From the NCBI GenBank assembly GCA_036172245.1, contig JAYWIR010000014.1, forward strand, positions 558,001 through 622,000: 64,000 nucleotides of DNA. The letters run 5' to 3'. Positions 12,863 to 25,100 of this stretch are shown in pieces (position 1 is the first letter of the stretch; each line of letters begins with the position of its first letter). Below the pieces are notes generated by a model, which saw nothing but the letters and a program-made list of their open reading frames with translations, did not search any database and was not told the DNA's origin. The position numbers were made by a program, and so were the translations under genes. The stretch comes from Raillietiella orientalis. Lineage: Eukaryota.

Positions 12863-15800
12863 ATGACAAATATTAGGTTAGTATTTTTTTCATGTTTATT
12901 TATTCACTGTAATCTTTTTTATAGACTTATCTGATGGCTTGGTATAGCGATATCGTTTAGTAAACATTGTTAATTTTCCACGAATTGTTTTTGTTAATTG
13001 AAGCTGTGACTTCAAACTGTTATTTACACCAAAGGGATAGAATATACAATAGCAGAGTTTGTTACGGAATCAAAATATGGATGGATTATTTTGGAAGCTG
13101 TTTGATTAATTACCTATAGAAGCGCTCCTTGAACTAGGGAAATCGGTTTAATGCATTTAACATTTTGGAATTTTATTTCGATTTTATCTCTACTGTCACA
13201 TTTAATAGTCTCTGATGCAGTTTATGCAAATTGAAATAGAATTGCAACTCTAGTTAAACATAGAATTGAATGCACTTTTTAATTCGTTTGGAATAAATTT
13301 GGAATTATACGCCTCATCAGTTCGGTTGTTAGTTGATGAGATAATGTTTGAGTTATATAGAAGTCAGTTTTCATTATCCTGTAGGGTTAAGTATGGTTAT
13401 TTCTCTGTCGTATAAATAGTTTGCAATTTGTACACATTATCTAACCTGTATTCTATGTTTTTTATTATTCTTTTAGCAATAAGTCTCTTTGGGGATTAAT
13501 CAGTGGCAATACTCGAATTCATTCGGCACAAATAATTGGAAACGAATTAGAATGTGCAAGAGAGAAGATCATAAAAGGATTGCTAATATATGAGAAAAGA
13601 TCTGCCGTTTCAGCAGAAGAGTTCAAGAAAGAGAAACAACTTCAGCAATCCTTGAAGGAATTTTTAGAGAAATTAAGTAAAATGCTGGTATGATTAATCT
13701 CTTCATTTATCAAGATAATTTAGTAAGTTTTTAGACAAATATTCATCGATTCAGCAGTAATCCATTTCCAACGTTTAGCATAAAATGTTCAGTTTCAATG
13801 TAGGATTCAGCATTATGTAGTTCTACTCATGATCACTTATGTTTGGATTTAATGTTACTCATACATTTACTCATTTCATTAATTTCAGTTTATGAGAGGA
13901 TAGTTACATTATGAATGAATGTTTCAGCATGCTTAAATTAAGTAGGTATCCTGAAAGTATTACTCTTACTTTTCACAGCTGAAATTGATTGAATCTATTC
14001 ACAGCTGATTCAAAACTGATTTCTTCAATTTGCAAAGTAGGTGCAGTTTTTCCATGTGACTTTTTCTTGTACCTGGTGCAGAAATTACATCAGCATACTG
14101 TAAGTTTTATCAGTTTTACCTGTAATGATTTAGAGGAATGTTGAGAATTCATTTGATTTTATAGGGCTCACTTTTCTTTCGTTTTTGTGTTAATAACTTA
14201 TCATTCTCATGAAATTTAGGTTTCCTCAAATTGTATATGTCTGTTTCTAGTAACATGAGATTATCAGCCATTCCTTTGTTTATTTTATAAATTGCCTTTT
14301 CTGCATTCCAAAATTTACGCTGCAGCTTCTTGTAGCAACAGACATTTGTTTATTAGGGTTTCATGAGTTTTTATGTGAATAGTTAGCAAGATAAATGAAT
14401 TGTAAGTATTTGTTTTCATGATTGGATACAAACTATCACTTGCAACAACATACCACCAGTTCAGAGAAGCAACCTTAAAAACTTGCAAACTATTATAACA
14501 AAGAATATAGTTGCTTAAACAGGAAAGTAAGTCTTATAATTGGGTGAAAAAATAATGAAAGGTGTTTGTCAGTCATTCAGGTAATCAGATTACGATATTG
14601 TTTGGTATCAGAGCATCTCTTTTCCCTTTAATATTTAGTTTTAACATATTTATCCAATACATGGATGTGAGTTACTTTTTAGGGAAGTGCTAATATAGCA
14701 TTACATAGTTGAGCTGCAGTTGAAAAAAACAAATGCATATGGAATGCCTCAACTGTGACCACTTTTCACATTTCCTAGATATTGATGCATGGCTTCTCAG
14801 TTTTGAAGCAAGCTTCAGAAGTTCAAATTTAAAAAATAGACATGTTTATATGTGCTCACTTTTTTTTTTCTTTTTTCCTTTTTTCCTTTTTGATTTTTTT
14901 GTTTTGTGCTGGAGCTGATGAGTTATCAGCTCCAGCACAAAACAAAAAGCTCCAGTTTCTGTTGAAATGTGTTTGCCTGTTCTAATTGCACTGCTAAAGA
15001 ACTGTCTAACAACATATGTTGAACCATTGAATGGCACTTAAATAGAACACAAAAAGGAAGGTAAATAGAATTATGATTTCTGTTTGAATTGCTTGAGGTT
15101 CATTCGCATTTTGTGTACAGTTTCAAGCTAATTTTGATAAAATTAAGAAATACCACAGATGCAAGAAGCAGTGTGATCACCGGAAATTTTCTTTGCGAAT
15201 ATAATTTATGGAAAACTAAATACCTTTTTCATACATGTAGGAAATCTTTTGCAGTCATATAAATTATATACGAAATAAATTGAATTTTTATGTATATGAT
15301 TTGTGTGTTTTTTTTTTTTAAGATACATATGTTAACTGCAGTGTAATAAAAGAATGGTCTTTCCATTTCCGGAATTAGTTTATGAAGCCATTGATCACCA
15401 GGTGCATGCTCCTTGTTTCTTCATGTCTTATGTTAGAGATTTTTGATTGGAAGTATTAAAATTGTTTTTTTTTTTAAGTTTATTTTTTCAGTGCTTAAGT
15501 TGAGATTTACTGACAATCTTTTTCCTTTTAATCACTTTTTATTTATTTTGCCTACTATGTACTTCAATGTTTCATGTTCTGAATTGTTTATATTGATTTT
15601 AACTTTCATTTGATGTATATATATATATATATATATCAAATGAAAGTTATATATATGTATATGGGTTCCTTAGCTGTTGGCATTCAGCTCTAGGAAGTGG
15701 TTATAACAGCATGTAAATATATTCTAAATATTTATTGAATCCTTAGACAAACAAGTTTCAGTTTACAAAACAAAAGAAATTTTGTAGCCTTCTGATCATC

Positions 15801-18800
15801 CCATGAATTTATTAAGATATTAATCAGAATGAAAATATCTTGCTGCAATTAAGTACATGCAAATTGCTGCATTGGAGCTTTCAAGAAATGTTTTTGTTGG
15901 GGTGTGTTTTTTAACTTACTCATAATAATCACTAGTTGAGATTTCCACATTTATTCAGAGCCACAGAGTTGAACCATTGATTTTCATTAATGATAAGTTT
16001 CATTATGAGAACATTCTTTGCTTTTAGGATCTGAAAGAAAAGCAGTGTTGGGATTTGTTCTGCTGCTTTTTGGTTTCTGAGTTTCAAGGAACACAAGCTT
16101 CACTAGAAAGCATCTTAAGTTTGGAGCGCACTATTCAAAATCTTATTCTTCAAATATGGGAGTTTTATCGTGCAGAGCGAGTATACATTTTACAATGTCT
16201 TCGACAGATTCTTTCTCATTGCCATGACCCTTCTCATATATATCAAGTAAGTATCTTGTTACATTGTGGGTACTAACAGTTGTTGCCATAGTCATTGTAT
16301 GCAAATTTTATTGTAAGCCTTGGTTCAGAAGATATTCTGTTAGAAAATATTTTAGTACAGTTCAAAAATGTAATAGAGGAATCTCCGATTTCAAGAGAGA
16401 TTGGAGGCTCCTTAGTCATTGAAAAAATTACCCATCAGTGGGCACAGTTCAATTTGAGAGAGCAGCTAGAATTGCTTGAAATTCTTCTTTTATTTTTTCG
16501 CCCAGATGCAGGTCATGAATGTTCACTGGATTATTTTAAAAAATTATTGAAAATGTTCAATGTAAGCTTATCTTTCCATGTGTATGATGGTTTATTCCGA
16601 TATTAGAATCATTGTTTTGGCAAATATCAGTTTAATCAGAAAAGTATTATAGCTGCTCATACTAACCTGGTCGAAACTATCGGGTTTATGGAAGGACTTA
16701 TTTTGCTAGAGACAATGCAGCTGCATGCATTCTTTGGCAGTCAAAATAACAGGTATCAGCAGTCCATTTCCTCTGGTTGCATTCTTGTTTAGCGTTTGTG
16801 GTAAATCTTGGATACATGAAAAGAAGACTCTGCAAGCCATTTGTTTAGATTTGGGAAATATGGAACCACACTGTGTACCTCAACTTGGTTTATTGTTACT
16901 TCAGTTTGGTTGGCATGAGAAACTTAACTCACTGCTGGTAAATTCCTTAGCACAGAGTCGTGTATTTCATTACATTGCCAAGTCTTTGAAGCTTCCTATT
17001 TTTAAGGTAATAATTTTTTTATTTATGTAATTTGTGTCTGTTTTTAAATATTTAGGATAAAACAGCTATATCAAGTTTAGCACATTCACTTGTCTATCAG
17101 TGTTTGTCTGTTGTGTTGGCACTTTTTCAAGAAGATTCTTTGGGTAGTCAGGAAGATCTCTTTGAAGTTCTTGTCCAGGTATTACGCTTTGAACATTTGG
17201 CCGATGATTTCTGGGAAGGAATGGCCGAATTAGAGTATCTGAAAGTCCATAAACTGGATATCCCTGAACGTAGCCCATTGGGCTTTGCGATGCTTTTTTT
17301 GGAGACAGAAAAGAATTTTCCATACATGGAACAACCATTTTTAGATATATTGCATGCTTTGGTCGAGGCTGGAAGTGTCAGTGCTCTTAGGGTCTGTATG
17401 CTGTTGTCATCCAACCTTTTATTTTATTTGAAGACAGGTGATGGAGAAAGTTTCCCATTTGAATGTGTACACTCATGCCTTTGACTTTCATTCCATGGAC
17501 CCAACAAGAACCTTGGTTCATTGTTTTGATGGACAGGAGGCATGGACCCTCAATGAGAATTTGTATCCTTATAAAGATAGGACCTTCTATATACCCAAAG
17601 GCAGTCAGGTATACGAAATCAGCTATGTGTTTTTTATTCCCATTTGTAGGGTGTGCTGAAAAAGTGCTTATGCAATTCTAATTTGACTGTTATAACATGG
17701 TCAACAACAATCAGTGGCTGGCAAGTACTCCTTTTAGAAGTGAATCAGCTGCTGGAACAGGTGAACTCAAACATGGTCATGTAGTTATGAGAAATATGTA
17801 GGTATCACAAGGAGCTGACAAAGTGAATAACACTCTGATGATGCAAGTGATCAAAATAATTAGATTTATTGCTGATTTACTCAAAGCTGATGCCAGCTCG
17901 GTGTCTAAGTTTATGCACTTTACTGAGCTTTTCTTACAACTTTTTCAAAGGTAAATCATTTTTCTCATTGTACGAATTCTGTTTTGAGATTTTTGAAGCT
18001 TCCTTGTCCTCCAACTCAGCTACTTGCTGCGTGTTTGCATGCATTTGCATCATTAGCACAGACTGATCCACTTCTTATTTGGGAAAGTCTGACTTATTCT
18101 GCTAGCATTCCTCATATAGTTAGCAGCAGCACTTATCAACTAGAGAATTTGTGTGCAGGATCAGCCATTAGTAGTGCATCCTTAGGATCACTTATAGTAA
18201 CCAAAGACTGTATGCAATCTTCATATCAGTTAACTCTTGCATATCTGGAGTTTGTCCATATTTCTGTTAAGGTGAGAGGAAGGAGTATCAATGGATCTCT
18301 AAAAGTAGATCTCATAATTTCTTTTAGCAATCCTGCTGCCACAATAGTGTGCATGTGGTATGTAGCCTTGTGTTTTTGTTGAGAGAAGTACTGCCACATT
18401 ATACCAAATGGCATTATGCAGAACCAAAAGAACGAATCGATATTGGCAATCTTCTTTTATGCATTCTTCATCAAGTAGTCACTTTAATCCCTGGCCAAGA
18501 TTCTGTCAGATTGGCTCAGAGAGCTTGTTTGTTCAGTTGCTTGCATTTGGAAGCAGGGAATAGTCTTCTTCATGTTATTCGCACTGGTAAATTTTTGTAA
18601 CTCACGCTTCTCTTATATTTATTTCCAATGGTTCATTTATTTTCTTCAAGATGTTCAAGAACTGGATGCCTTATTAGATCAACAGGAATGGGGCATGGGT
18701 GTTACAGTGCAGCTGATCTGCATGGTGCGCCTGGCCCTTTCCATATTAAATCGACTGTTAGTGCTCCGTCACAAAGTTAATGATTCGTGGGTTGATGCTC

Positions 18801-21785
18801 ACCGAAAAGAGACCAAATTAGATAGACATATAACAGAGCCACCACCTTGTGCATCTCAGATTGCTCGCTTCCTTTTTCATCATTATGATCCTCAACTCCC
18901 AACACTTGCTTTGAGGCTTCTTCGTCGTTTGGCTAAGGTGAATTTTGCAAAGCGTCGCATAGAGATTGTTTGTTTTAGGAATATCCCATGTCTCTTTTAT
19001 CCTGTCTGGCCAATCACGCTGAAGCTTTCCGTGATGTATTGTTATTCAGGTTAGGATCATGCACTGAAGATGTTCGTCTCAGGGTATTGAGGAAAAGTGT
19101 TCAGCTTTTTAATTACCACATGGATCCCCAGATTTCTATTTTGGAATTCCTTGCGGAATGTATGGAAACCCAACCTGGTCTGATGCAGATGCTGCTTAAT
19201 CCTACAAAGTTATCTCCCAGAGATGGCAGTACATGCGATACTCTAAGTGGATGTCTGGAATCAGTGATGAACATTCTACAGCTGACCTTAAAGGTGGTCA
19301 TATGGGCTGAATATATAAATCATTTAGAAACCACAGCGTCCTACTAGTTGCCCAGATGATTTGCATTGTGCTGCTGTTCACTTCATCCACAGCTTATGGA
19401 CAATGCAGCGTGTTTCTGCAATGGATGCTCTGCGTCATATGGACAAGTTTTGGGGACTTTTGTGTTGGCCACTTTTGTCACAGGTTTGTGAGTGTTTTTT
19501 AACATTCATGATATTTTTTAATAGGAAAACATGAACAATAAACAATTGGTTGCTCATATATTTGGGATTTTATCCTCTGAGCTCTTCTTTGTGACAAATT
19601 TGTCTTCCAGATTGCAAGAACAATTAAATAGTATTGTTACATGTAATGTTCTCAAGCAGTGGAGCCAGGCAGGTTTTTTGAATTAAAAACTAACTTTATC
19701 CCCAAGTTTAGATTATATTAAGTGGTTTACCTTCAATTCAGAATATTAATACAATGATGGGAGAGCAAGCAGTTGCATTACTTTGTGTATGGAAAGATTT
19801 TTTGGGATCAGTGGTTACACAGCAGCATGGTTTCCTTATTGATAATGATTTGAAAGGACAGCTGCTTTATGATGTTATGTGTGTGCTGTGCAATCACTTT
19901 AATCATAGCATGGTGACTTATGCAACATCAATATTAGCAGAATTGTTACTTCTGCTTCTTCATTGGTGGGGTGTACAATGCACAGATGTCCCTGAAAGTC
20001 TAGTTGCCTTAGGAGATCTTCTCTATCACATGAGCCATATGGAACTACAAACTGTTGTACATATGCTGATTGCTGTTTTGGCATCAGCTTCCATATATCT
20101 TAAAACATCTTTGGAAAATATGTACAGTAAGTAGCTTCATAAGTGGAACACACATAAAAGCATACAGGAGACAGATTAATTGTCTGGTTGCCACCTTTAT
20201 GTACTGTGGTAAAGGAATTACTGCATCTTTTAGAAAAGAATAATGAGTTCTGTTATGCTGCTGTGTTGGCATTGTCAGTTCTCCAGTTGACTTGGCTCCA
20301 AGTGGAGCCATCAGCTTGTTACACTCATTTTCAGCAGCATGGGATGCTTCAGGTTTTGATGCATGGCATCTGTACCTTGCTCAAAGTTAGTATGAGTTTC
20401 ATAATGTACTTTATTTTTATGGTGATGTTTAGAAAAATCAAGCTTTGCCTGTCGTATGCAGCATTCTGCAGCTGTTGATCACCCTCAGCATGCAACCAAA
20501 TGTTTGCACAGAGCTTATTAGCTACAAGATGGACATACATGTGTGGTTGCCACTGGCTCAAAGTAAAGAGCAGATTGCAAATAAGCCAGGAGAACACATG
20601 CATCTGCATAATGAGATTTTATGCTTGTCTTCTCTTCTTTGCTGTGTGCTACTAAAGCAGAAACGATACCTTTTTTTGAATGATGCAGTTAGCTTTTTAG
20701 GTAACTGAAAGTTTTGAATTGTTTGTTATATTCGCATATTTTTTTAGGAATCCACCAATTGTGGCTTTACTCAATGCTGCTACGCTTACGCATAAGTTTG
20801 GACAAGACAGATTTAGATAATTGTCAAACAATATTATATTTGCTATACCAGATGTCTTGCTTTCACAAAAAATGGCGCCAGCAACACATAATGTCACTTG
20901 ATCAGCTGATGAAGAGTATAGTGGAGGTGTTCCATCTTTGTCTGGCATATTTGCAACGTCCCCAAAGTACTCTCTCAGGCAAAAAGCAGTCACCTGAAAA
21001 GAAACCACCTGCTTCACTACAGGATAAAACAGTTCGCATTTCATTCCAGCTTGCTTCTCAAGATAAAAATTCTATAGAAAGTAGTGGATTTTGTGCAATG
21101 CATAATCTACACAACAGGTAATGGATCTTTTAAAGTGGGCTAATTATTTTTTTGAAAAATTGTAGACTGCTGGACTTGCTCATCTTAGTCCATGCTATCC
21201 TGCAAAATTTTAGTCCAGATCTGATCTCTATGGTTTCTGATATTCATACAGATCCAGTTCTTCAGTGGAAACCCTTATTAGAAATAAGTTTTGGTACATC
21301 TTCACTTGATCACTGTGATACTCTGCCTTTAGGTTTTGGCACTGTAACTACATGTGCAAACTTGTGTGTGCGTTTGTTGAATAGGGTAAGAACACAAAAA
21401 AAATTAAACAATGCTTTATTACCATCAAATAGTTGGAACGAATAGGAGATAACAGTCTTCAGTCAGAAAAGATTGTTTGGTTGCTAGAAATGACTTTACA
21501 TTTGATCCTTAGTCAGGCCCTACTTTGCCTTAGGCATCCTCATCTAACAGTTCATAGCAAACAGCTCTTGAAGAGGGAATTGGGAGCTGAATTGGTACGC
21601 AGCTACTTTCTTGATCCTGATATTCACGAAAATTATTTCAGAATTCAGTTGAGGTTAACTTGACAAAACTCATGCGCCGTAGCGAAATTTCTCCCTCCCC
21701 ATGCAGAAGTCCACTCAAATCTATTACTCTAGACCGTCAGTTCATACAAACATTTGCTCAATTTATTAGAGCAGCCTTATGTTGA
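12863..21785 (+). CDS. NUP188: Nucleoporin NUP188, 24 coding exons, about 1674 aa
   Basis: Exons: 12863-12876, 13477-13687, 16028-16246, 16292-16561, 16607-16752, 16793-17006, 17056-17391, 17438-17608, 17650-17760, 17802-17950, 17989-18271, 18328-18586, 18651-18937, 18979-19083, 19132-19293, 19337-19483 (or 19328-), 19525-19668, 19712-20126, 20168-20385, 20433-20700, 20748-21117, 21166-21385, 21433-21594, 21642-21785. They sum to 5025 nt and all phases are consistent. The N-terminus (KSLWGLISG...IIKGLLIYEK...LSKMLDLKEKQCWDLF...LILQIWEFYRAERVYILQCL) and later motifs (LPTLALRLLRRLA, PMSLLSCL, ETQPGL, QLLKRELGAEL) match metazoan Nup188. AATAAA at 21787-21792. The first micro-exon and start codon are the least certain parts. 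Confidence 0.93.
14896..14948. repeat. Perfect inverted repeat, 24-bp arms, 5-nt loop, in NUP188 intron 2
   Basis: TTTTTGTTTTGTGCTGGAGCTGAT-GAGTT-ATCAGCTCCAGCACAAAACAAAAA. Confidence 0.9.
15600..15649. repeat. Palindrome with 15-bp unique arms around a (TA)n microsatellite
   Basis: TAACTTTCATTTGAT-G(TA)n-ATCAAATGAAAGTTA. Confidence 0.85.
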
Positions 21786-21950
21786 AAATAAATTGCCATG
21801 AGAACAAACTTCATAACAGGATACCGTGGTATTTAGCTCTTCATTCTAGGCAATATGGGAAGACAAGGTGTTCTAGCAGAATCTGTAACCATGGTACCAT
21901 TAATGATGGTGGCAAACATGTTGCAGTTTTGAAGATGGAAAGTGTTCTTT

Positions 21951-24206
21951 TCATCCAAATGTATGTGCAACAGCATCCTGATACTGCTGATACCACTGCA
22001 TGAATTCATCTTGATATGGTCGCACAGGAATCACAAACACACTAATATCATCAACAGTGGCACAGGAACCATTCTGACCCTGCCATCCTTGCTGAAAAGA
22101 TCGACCTCTACAATGCATAACCAGATCTTGAGCAGCTGAAATGTATCTAATGCTCGTTTAGTTTGAATCATGAAATTCTCTCTGACCTATATTTCTCCTG
22201 ATCCAAAACATCATTATTGGACCAGGTTTGCAAACTTTCTTGTATGATGAGGGCTGCCTGCTCATTTTTCAATACATCCCACAAACCATCAGTAGCCATG
22301 AGTAATACTGCATTTTCATCATACTTATATCCACATAAATCCACAACCTGTACTTCTGGTTGTGGAGTAAGAAAAGGTTTAATGGGCAATCCTGAACCAT
22401 GAGCACAGATGTCATGATCACCAAAACCACGGGTCACACCAATAGTTGCCAAGAGACGACTCTCAAAGAAATTTATAAAACAAAATCATGCTATCATTAA
22501 ACTGACTTTTGAGACCACAAGGTGTGAATGAAAAGAAACAAAATTGCAAAGAATCTTTCGATATTACATCTTGAACAATATACATTAACAAATACACCAA
22601 AAACTTTACTGCAACTACTCTTCATACATAACAGACATTGTACATTTTTGTAGAGCAACTAAGGAATAAATCTTTAAATTTTAGTATAACAAACTCAACA
22701 TATAACACAAAAAATGAACAAATCACTCCTGATAAGGTATCACAAAATGAAAATTTGACTAAATTCTATAAAGGCTTGGGTCAAATGATTTGACGGGATC
22801 TGTTTCCTTACACATTTATGTTCTCTAAAAAATTAATTTTCAGCCAAATGTGAGAAAAAGGTATTAGTGCGTTCTATCTTGGAATTTGGCACAAAACATG
22901 ATTAATTTTAAATTTCAAAGCTTTAGAATCTTTAGAGAACTCAAATTTCAAAGAAAATTATAAAAAATAACTAAATTTTGAGGTGAAATCATTTAAGCTT
23001 ACTCGCTTCCCTCCTCCAGTCACCATAGGTGTTTTAAGGTCCTTAGTGCCTGCTACTTTAGCTGACCAACCAGTCATAAAGGGTTCTCGATACAAAACAG
23101 TTTTCCCTACATCATACTGTAGTAACTTACGACCAAAATCCAAATATGTGTAATGATCACCTAAGAGCTCTGGCTTTAACATAGCCTAGTGTATAATTCA
23201 ATTGTTTTTGACAATGGATGCTACATAATAATTTACCAGCTGCCGAAGTCGATGTTGTTCAGTTTCAGCTGTAAAATCTTTACTCAATGGCTTACACTGA
23301 TTGTCATAACAAAATACAGCTCTGCTGTCTCCTGCATTAGCAATATATAACTTGCCCAAAATGAACAGAGCTACAAGTGCAGTGCAACCTCCAGATACAC
23401 GATATTTTTTTTTATCTTCACCTATTTGCATGTCCTATAAAACCCATGTGAAATGCTCAACCCAAACAACTGTTTTACCATTTCCCAGAAAGATGCTTCC
23501 AACGCTCCAACAATAAGTTCTTCCTCAGTGGCACCCATGCAGTTCTGTAACATGACCATTTCTGTATTAGTTGTCTTCAGTGGAATAAAAAATGGTTTTC
23601 CTAAAGGTACAATCTGCAGAGCTGGTAACAGATGCTCAATAACACTCATGAGTTTTTTCTGATTAGCAGATGATGGCTATCAAATAATTGAACTCTTCAG
23701 CACATACATGAATTATGTTGTGAAGTTGTCTGGATGCAACAATTGAAGCCCCACTGCCTGCATGCCCATCAAAAATTCCAAAATAATAATATGGTATGTA
23801 ACAGTTCTTCGCAAAATCACATTTTGTTTCTTCAAACAAAACGAACTTTGTAGGATATAATAACTTGCCAGCTTTAAAAGCTGCTTGATCTTCATTACGG
23901 TGCGATTTGCCAGCATTGATAGCTCTTTAGACATGTATGTTCTGATATTAACAGAATCAAAAGTACTTACTCTGCATATCCACAACACCAAGGAAGCAAT
24001 GATATATCTCTAGGAACTAAGATTGGTCGAATCTGATGATCACCACTTAATGTTACTTCATCTTCATTGCAAAGTCCGAGAAAGTAAGGTCTACCATATG
24101 GAAATTTCAATGGGATTTTAGTATTATGCAAATTATGATCTTTAACAGATTGCACTTCTGATGAACTAACGACATTGTAAATAGCATCCTTAAAGCGACT
24201 GATCAT
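21951..24206 (-). CDS. PPM1H: Protein phosphatase 1H-like (PP2C, PPM1H/J/M subfamily), 7 exons, about 494 aa
   Basis: Exons: 24206-23971, 23924-23708, 23658-23479, 23434-23237, 23185-23003, 22461-22187, 22146-21951 (1485 nt). Motifs: KFPYGRPYFLGL, LPWCCGYAEAINAGKS..NEDQA, FDGHAG, GGCTAL, ANAGDSRA, LATIGVTRGFGDH, MATDGLWDV, DDISVFVIP. Confidence 0.93.
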
Positions 24207-24559
24207 ATCCCACAATTAGTCATGCTACAACAGATTTCTGCTTACGCTATTCATTACAACGAAATGAACTCTACATTTAATACATCCAATACTACACCTG
24301 AAACAAACACGCAACGAATCAATCAAAATAATTTATGATCCCATGATCGAAACACTGTGATGCAGAGTTCTTAAATTAAGTGAAAACTTCGAGGAAATGT
24401 AAACAATGCAGAAATGCAGATCACACATACTAAGGTCTTTAGCAACCCATGCTACATTCAAAAGCCAACGCAGAAAGCGATTTTCGTTGAGCTAGTGCCT
24501 TAAAATTTCTGCTAGCAGTTAGTGTTTTCCAAAGTTTTCCAGTATTATTGCAAGAGCTA

Positions 24560-25100
24560 AAGCAGACTTATTCTCGGCAGATGCACATCTATTTCGGAGA
24601 ACCTTGCAACACATGCATGAAACCATTTAATGAAAGCAAGAGCAAGAAAGGTCTGGGAGTTTTCCATCATTGCTCACTCGTCCTTAACTTTGCGAGCTTT
24701 CTAACTCTTTAAAATTCAAACATCTCCATTCATCAATTTAATTGTCTTGAATTTAACAAAACTCATTAGATTCCACTCGAGCTTCAGTATTTTTCTTGCG
24801 ACCTTTCCTTTATCACAAAATTGTATTCCTAAAAGCGCTGTTCTGTAGAATTTTGAACCAAAACTGAAGATAAACTTTAAAATGAACTTACTATTGATTA
24901 GCAGCATTCGGGCGCATTTTTGCTGCATGCAATTCAATTTGTACATTCGGCGTTCTTTAGCATTTTCAAGCAGCATTGGGCCAAATCGTCGCAATTCTAA
25001 AATCACTCCTGAAGGTCTACTATTTAAAACCATTTGAGTTTCGAGTATTTCACGAATGTAACTAATCTTTAACGTTGCTCTGCTCTCATATATTAATCAT
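24560..25100 (-). mobile_element. Old LINE RT relic
   Basis: ORF 24716-25033 'MLLENAKERRMYKLNCMQQKCARMLLINSK...LLGIQF..KG' resembles the post-YADD RT segment (LLA...LQ..LN...C....L.IN..K...YLG..F). Weak. Confidence 0.3.
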
